From the NCBI GenBank assembly GCA_000165425.1, contig CT868263.1, positions 124,001 through 188,000 on the forward strand: a stretch of DNA of 64,000 nucleotides, written 5' to 3'. The stretch comes from Paramecium tetraurelia (taxonomy: Eukaryota). The notes under the pieces were generated by a model, which worked only from the letters and a program-made list of their open reading frames with translations, did not search any database and had not been told where the DNA came from. Position 1 is the first letter of the stretch. Every line of letters starts with the position of its first letter. Positions 57,975 through 64,000 of this stretch are shown in pieces. Position numbers and translations under genes: made by a program.

Positions 57975-59497
57975 ATGTATAATAGTATATTAGTTTTAGG
58001 AAGTTCTTGAGTGACAAAGAAAAGTAAATATTGCTTTAATATGTAGCGGAAAAAAGAAGACAAAGAAAAATCAGAACTAAAAGATGGAGTAGGAGGGGAA
58101 TCGCGAGGAAATTATTTATCATGTATTTATTTGATTTTTACATTAGAATCTATATTTCCCATATAACAAAGTGCATTGTGACAACTGTGAAAAAGATATA
58201 ACAAAATAAGCGCGAATTCTATGCAACGACTGTCCAAATGCGATAGATATTTGCATGAATTGCTTTTTAAACCTCCAAGAATTTGGTATGATAATTAGTA
58301 ATGTTTCAGAATCTCACGTAATCAGCCATTCTTACTCTATAATAAACAAATTGAATTTTCCCATATTTGTAGAGGATTGGACAGCTGAAGAAGAATTATT
58401 ATTGTTGGAAGGATTGGAGAAGAAGGGATTTGGTAATTGGCAAGACATAGCTGAAATGCTTGGCGGAGAAAAAGCACAGGAAGAAATAGCACAACATTAT
58501 GATGATATTATTTTGAGTGGGGAATTTAGAAAGGTTTGTTTTTATAAAATTTATATATTTTCAGATGCCACTATTATCCAAAAGAAACCAAGATACTCTT
58601 GAGTTAATTAAACCAAAAAGAGCACAAACAGCTCCAAAAAGAATAAAGGAAGAACAGAATATAACCAAAACTGGTCGTTTAACACCCAACATGTCTTCTT
58701 AGAGTGGTTAGGAAATAGTAGGATTTATGCCCAAAAGAGGAGACTTTGACATCGAATTCGATAATGATGCAGAACTATTGTTGGCAGAAATGGAATTCAA
58801 TGATGATGACAAGCCATTTGAAATCGATATGAAATTAAAAGTTCTTGATATTTACAATATAAGATTGGATGAGAGAATCAAAAGAAAGAAGTTCGTTATT
58901 GAAAGAGACTTGCTCAATTTAAAGAAACAGAATATCTAAGATAAATCTAGATCAAAAGAGGAGAAGGAATTACATAACTTAATGAAACCATTTGCAAGAT
59001 TCAATAAACCAGAAGATCACGAAAGATTAGTGTAGAATCTAATCAAAGAAAAGCAACTTAGAGCTAAGATCGAGGAGTTGAGATACTATAGGAAATTAGG
59101 CATGAAGACTTTTGAAGAGGTTGAGGAGTATCTGGCTGAAAAGAGGAAGAGAGATGAACAGTATCAAAGGAGATAAAAACAAAATGATTCATTTGTTTAT
59201 GACTCATAAAAATAAAGGTTTATGCAAAGAAGAACCAGGTTCATTCCTTTGATGGAGGGAAGGGATAAACATAAATCAGGTCCATCTTTTTGTGAAGAGG
59301 AATACTAATTGTGTCAAAAATTAGGACTAACCGAATAAGAATATTTGATACTCAAAGAGGTACTTGTGAGGGAATCAGTCAAAAATGGAATCATCAAGAA
59401 AGATTAGGCACTACAAAACTTCAAGTTAGACAAAGAACGTGTCACAGGAGTTTTTGATTACTTGGTTGTTAAGGGTTTAATACATGAGAAAGAATGA
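57975..59497 (+). CDS. ADA2: Transcriptional adapter Ada2 (SAGA HAT module)
   Basis: [11 protein letters not shown]...CNDC...[60 protein letters not shown]-like C-terminus. Confidence 0.95.
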
Positions 59498-59586
59498 ATT
59501 ATAAATTAATCAATAATATTATTATCAAAAAAAGTTGTGGATTAAAAACTTAGGTTTTTTACATTTATAATTATTATATACAATTT

Positions 59587-62374
59587 ATGCATAGTCTTAA
59601 TAGCGTGCATCTAGACAATCTTAATACAGTTGGCTAATAAGATACATCCATGTGCAAGAACATTCCTGTAAATAATGAATGTGACTCATCATCAATTGTA
59701 TTACTCAAGAAAATAGAAGCCCCCAGTCCTGATATCCCTGGCTTCAATTAACCTGTTTTCAAACCCTTTCAAAAATTAATCATCTATTATCATATCGGGT
59801 TCTTTGTTCGAAAACTATTGAAGTACATTAAACCAGATCAATCATTTAAACCCAAACATTACTATCTCATCAATGATAAAAGCTCTGGCAACATCAAAGA
59901 TTTTATCAGTTATGCTGGCAAATCCAAATCAACAGTTATGCAATATCCAAGTCTAGATGAAGTTGACTTCTTCGTAAGGTTACGATATCGATACAGATAA
60001 GGTCTGGAAAATTTTTAATAAAAAATGTTGTACTTATTTGAATAGATCCCCTTGATAGATCCATCAAATAAAATCAAAATCATTTGGGATCTACTCCTTA
60101 ATGTATTCAGAATTTACCTTATGTATATTATACCCATCATCATTACATTCGAATAGCTGATTGAAGACTACGATTACATCATTATCGTGTCATAGATAGT
60201 GTTTGCAATTGATTTACTATTACGAAATATCACTATTTATTATGATTAGGGCCTGCCTGTTGTGGATCGTTATTAGATAGTAAAGAATTAATACCATATT
60301 ACTAACTTAATCGAATTGATGGAAATTTGTTTGCTCTTTACAATGGCCTATTTCAAATTCCATTTTAACAACCAATTCATATTATTTGGAGGTTGGCCTA
60401 AATTATGGATGCTCTTATATTTTATTTAGTTAAAAAATCTATTAAATTTTATAGGCTCATGGCAGCAATCCTTCTTAATGGGCCAATTGGTGTCATCATT
60501 AATAGAGTTATTTAAATTAATAGGCTTATTACTTATCATATAACATTTTTTTAGTTGTATATGGTTGATAATTGGAAAATATCATCTTATTTTGGGAAAT
60601 TCTAATTGGATTACCTTTTTCAACTTGGAACATGTTTCGTGGACAGATTTATATATAGAATCTATGTATTACACTAGTGTAACTATGTATACGGTGGGAT
60701 ATGGTGATATACATCCAATAAGTAATCATTTAAAATGTAATTTAGATATCTCTGAAAAGATGTTTGCCTTTTTATTTGTCTTCGTGTGTACATTCCAACT
60801 GTCCTTTAGTTTGAATACTATTGGTGAAATTTTAACTAGGATGAAAAACAATAATGATATCATTAATAAAAAACTGATCTTCATCAATCAGTACATGCAT
60901 AACAAAAAAATAAGTCATCAATTGTAGTTTTAAGTGAGGGAGTATCTAAACTATTATTGGTATCAAGAATAAACATAATAAACGAAGGAACAGACAGAAA
61001 TTCTAAGTTAGTTATCTGATGATCTGAGAAAATAAATAGCAGTTGAATCAAATAGTATAGTACTTAAGAATTGTGATTTTTTTTACAAGAATTTTTCAAC
61101 TGATTTCTTGAATGAACTACTGAAACATCTTCAGTTTCAAGCTTTTTAACCCTCATCGACAATTAATATCTTTAATGATGACGATCATTTCATACATATC
61201 ATTGAATCTGGATAGGTCGATATTTATGATAAAGCTTATGATAAAAAGGTATTAATCGGTTGTTTTAAATCAAATGAGCATTTTGGATTGAATGAATTCT
61301 TGAATAATTAAAAAAACAGCAAATACGAATACAAGAGTTCTGGATTTGTCAGCACTTTAGTAATACCTAGGTCTAAGTTCCACTCAATATTATTAAAATA
61401 CCAAGCTGATTTTGAAGTGTTTTGGAATCTTAAAATCAATAATTATACAGAATTGAAATGTGCTGTTTGCGAATCAAAGAGACATCCTCCTGATCTATGT
61501 AAACAAGTGCATTATATTACCGATAGAGAGAAGGTCATTAAATAATTCAATTTCTATTAGAATTAGGAGAGATCTAAATTTAGAAGAAACTCAATCAGGA
61601 TTAAGCAATTGTATCATGCTTAGACTGATTAAGAGATTATCAAGGAAGCTGCTTAAATGGTCAAAGTGAAAAATGACAGTATGTTTTTCTAGAAATATCA
61701 TATTAATGAGGAGGAAACAACCCAATATGAAAGTTAAGGTAATCTTATCTATTGAATTAGAAAATATAAACAAAAAATATATGGATTCGGTGGGAATATT
61801 AATTAAGGATCTTGAAAGCCGATCTTATCTCGATTTCTGTCAAAAGTCTCATAAGTCTAAGTCTGAGAAAGAAATTTTGGAGTTAAAAATACACTTTTCA
61901 TTGGAACTGCAAACTTTAAAGTCTTTGAAGGATAAACTGCATCATAAGGATTTATATACAGAGAAGGACATTTAATAGATAGAGTATTTGATTAAGATTT
62001 TAGAACTTAAGCTAAATTTGGAAGACAAAATTGAACTTGATTAATAATAGGAATATCAGACTTTTAATTAAAAAGCAAATATAAACATAGTCTTAAAGAA
62101 ATTAATTCATCCTGTGAAATACATAGTAACCTAGACCTCGAAGAGCTTGGATTAGTTCTAATTAATTAGTGGGAATGGTTGGATGAAATACATGTTGTAT
62201 CCTTTTGATTTCATAAATCAATACAGATTGAATATTAATAGGTTAGGCTTACCCAGAAAATCGATGGTGGTACGATAACAAGAACGTCGACTAACTTCAG
62301 TCTTATTAATGAGAAAAAAACAATAGACTATAAGATCAATGAAAAGATCAATTTAGGTATATCCAATAAAATGA
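59587..62374 (+). CDS. Cyclic-nucleotide-binding-domain K+ channel (EAG/CNG-like family), paralog 1
   Basis: HFFSCIWLIIG, pore YYTSVTMYTVGYGDIHP, C-linker NQYMHNKKISHQLQFQVREYL, CNBD YIIESGQV...FG, CAVC..H...C..VHY. Confidence 0.9.
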
Positions 62375-62503
62375 ATATATATATAATCATATAAATACTG
62401 TTAAATAATTAAGTTTGTATCCACAAAGTCATATTCAATTAATAAAAAGGAAAATATCTAATTACTTATATTAATTTAAAATAATTTGATTATCATTATT
62501 CTT

Positions 62504-64000
62504 ATGAAACCGCAACCCAAAAAATCTGACCATGCGAATTAGAAAGTCAACCAATAATAAATTGATGTTGACAATCTTTAAGATAAGTCTGCAATTGAAA
62601 TATTATCTCATGAGACTTAAATGAAGAAGAGAGAGAAATTGTCTCCAATAATACGATCTAATTCAGGACACTAGGAATAACTAATTTAGTAATACAATAA
62701 TCCTCAATCACTTGTTACTCCAAAATATGAAACGATTACAGAAAGATTGTAAACATTTGGACATGTTGATTTACTAAAGTAATCAAAATCATTCAGAAAA
62801 CTTATAGTTTATTTCCATCAGAAGGATTTTATCAAAATGTTGTTGATTCCATTCAAATTAACATCCAACTTTACTTTAAAACATTTCAATTTGATAAATG
62901 ATTTAAGCGCTTCTTATAAATTTTAAGTAGGAAGAAGTCAAGAAACCTAAAAGAGTTTAATTCATTAATATATTTCACTAATTGATATTAGAATTCAATT
63001 AAGATTGAAATTCAGAACAATAAAGACAATATGTAAGTAGTATCTAACTCATATGCATAATCAGATTCCATTAATCGAACCAATGAGCAATACTAAATTT
63101 TTTTGGGATTTAATTTGCTTTGCCATACGAATATATCTAATAATAGTGGTTCCAGTTATTATTGTTTTTCATGGATAAGATTTTAATGCCAAATAATTAG
63201 GACCCTTGGTGCTATTCTCAATTGCATTGATCTTTGACATTTTAATTCGAGCATTTACAATTACATACGATTAAGGTATACCTGTAAGGGATAGGTACTT
63301 ACTATTTAAGAAATAATTAAATTTTTCTACTGTCTTAGAATTATTCAGTTTTATATATACAATATTAATTACCATCCAAGATGATAAGATAATAGATAAA
63401 TACATATTGGGAGAAGGATGGGCCAAATTCATATTGTGTTTATTGTACATTTAGGTAATCAATATATTAAAATTTATTGATGTATCCTAATATTCACTCA
63501 AACTAAATAGAATGCAAACCTCGATTGTTGATCTAATCAAATTAGTTGCAATGATTTTATTAGTATAACATATATTCAGTTGTGTTTGGATTGTGTTTGG
63601 AGTGTATTCACTACAAGGTTAATAGGATTCTTGGCTAAATAAATACGAGAGTGATGAATGGTCATATCAATTTTTGTAATCGTTTTATTTCATATGCGTA
63701 ACAACATTTACAGTTGGATATGGTGATTTAACTCCAAAAAGTAAATATTTAATATATATTAATAGATCCTCCTGAATAGATATTCACTATAATTTACATG
63801 TTCTTCTGCATGCTTTTATTCTCGTACACAGTTAATACTATAGGAAGCATCTTAACCCAAATAAAGGAGAGCAGCGAAAAAATCAAGTCGAAATTAACTG
63901 CAATCAATTAATATATGCATAATAAATCTATAAGTCCGACCTTATAATTTAAGTAATTATTAAATTAATGTCATTAGAGTGAGAGAATAACTATACTTTT
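62504..64000 (+). CDS. CNBD K+ channel paralog 2 (runs off the window)
   Basis: HIFSCVWIVFG, pore FICVTTFTVGYGDLTP, NQYMHNKSISPTL; same post-pore intron position as paralog 1. Confidence 0.88.

Overview
Very AT-rich, gene-dense eukaryotic DNA read with the ciliate nuclear code (TAA/TAG = Gln, TGA = only stop) and tiny 20-32 nt GT..AG introns. This matches a Paramecium macronuclear (somatic) chromosome; the species cannot be determined from the sequence. The supplied ORF track uses the standard code and fragments every gene, so I re-translated by hand; ends and introns are manual calls. About 33 protein genes are visible. They include five kinases, two head-to-head polycystin-2 (PKD2)-like channels, a tandem pair of peroxisomal ABCD half-transporters, a PZP/PHD protein, taxilin, CFAP77, two PX proteins, an S49 peptidase, an amino-acid permease, PRP16, a CEP350-like protein, an aspartic protease, CYB5D1, an FKBP-TPR-cyclophilin, ADA2 and two tandem CNBD K+ channels. 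Best candidate for an undescribed system: the divergent pair of PKD2-like paralogs whose ATGs are only about 25 bp apart. They share an N-terminal coiled coil plus a novel conserved cytosolic domain, and both lack the canonical LGD filter. Other notable points: an intron splitting the ADA2 start codon, a 2-nt frameshift in PRP16, an S49 peptidase without its catalytic Lys, an ABCD duplicate differing only at synonymous sites, and NMD-invisible 3n introns. No rRNA, tRNA, telomeric repeat, transposon or CRISPR array was recognised.
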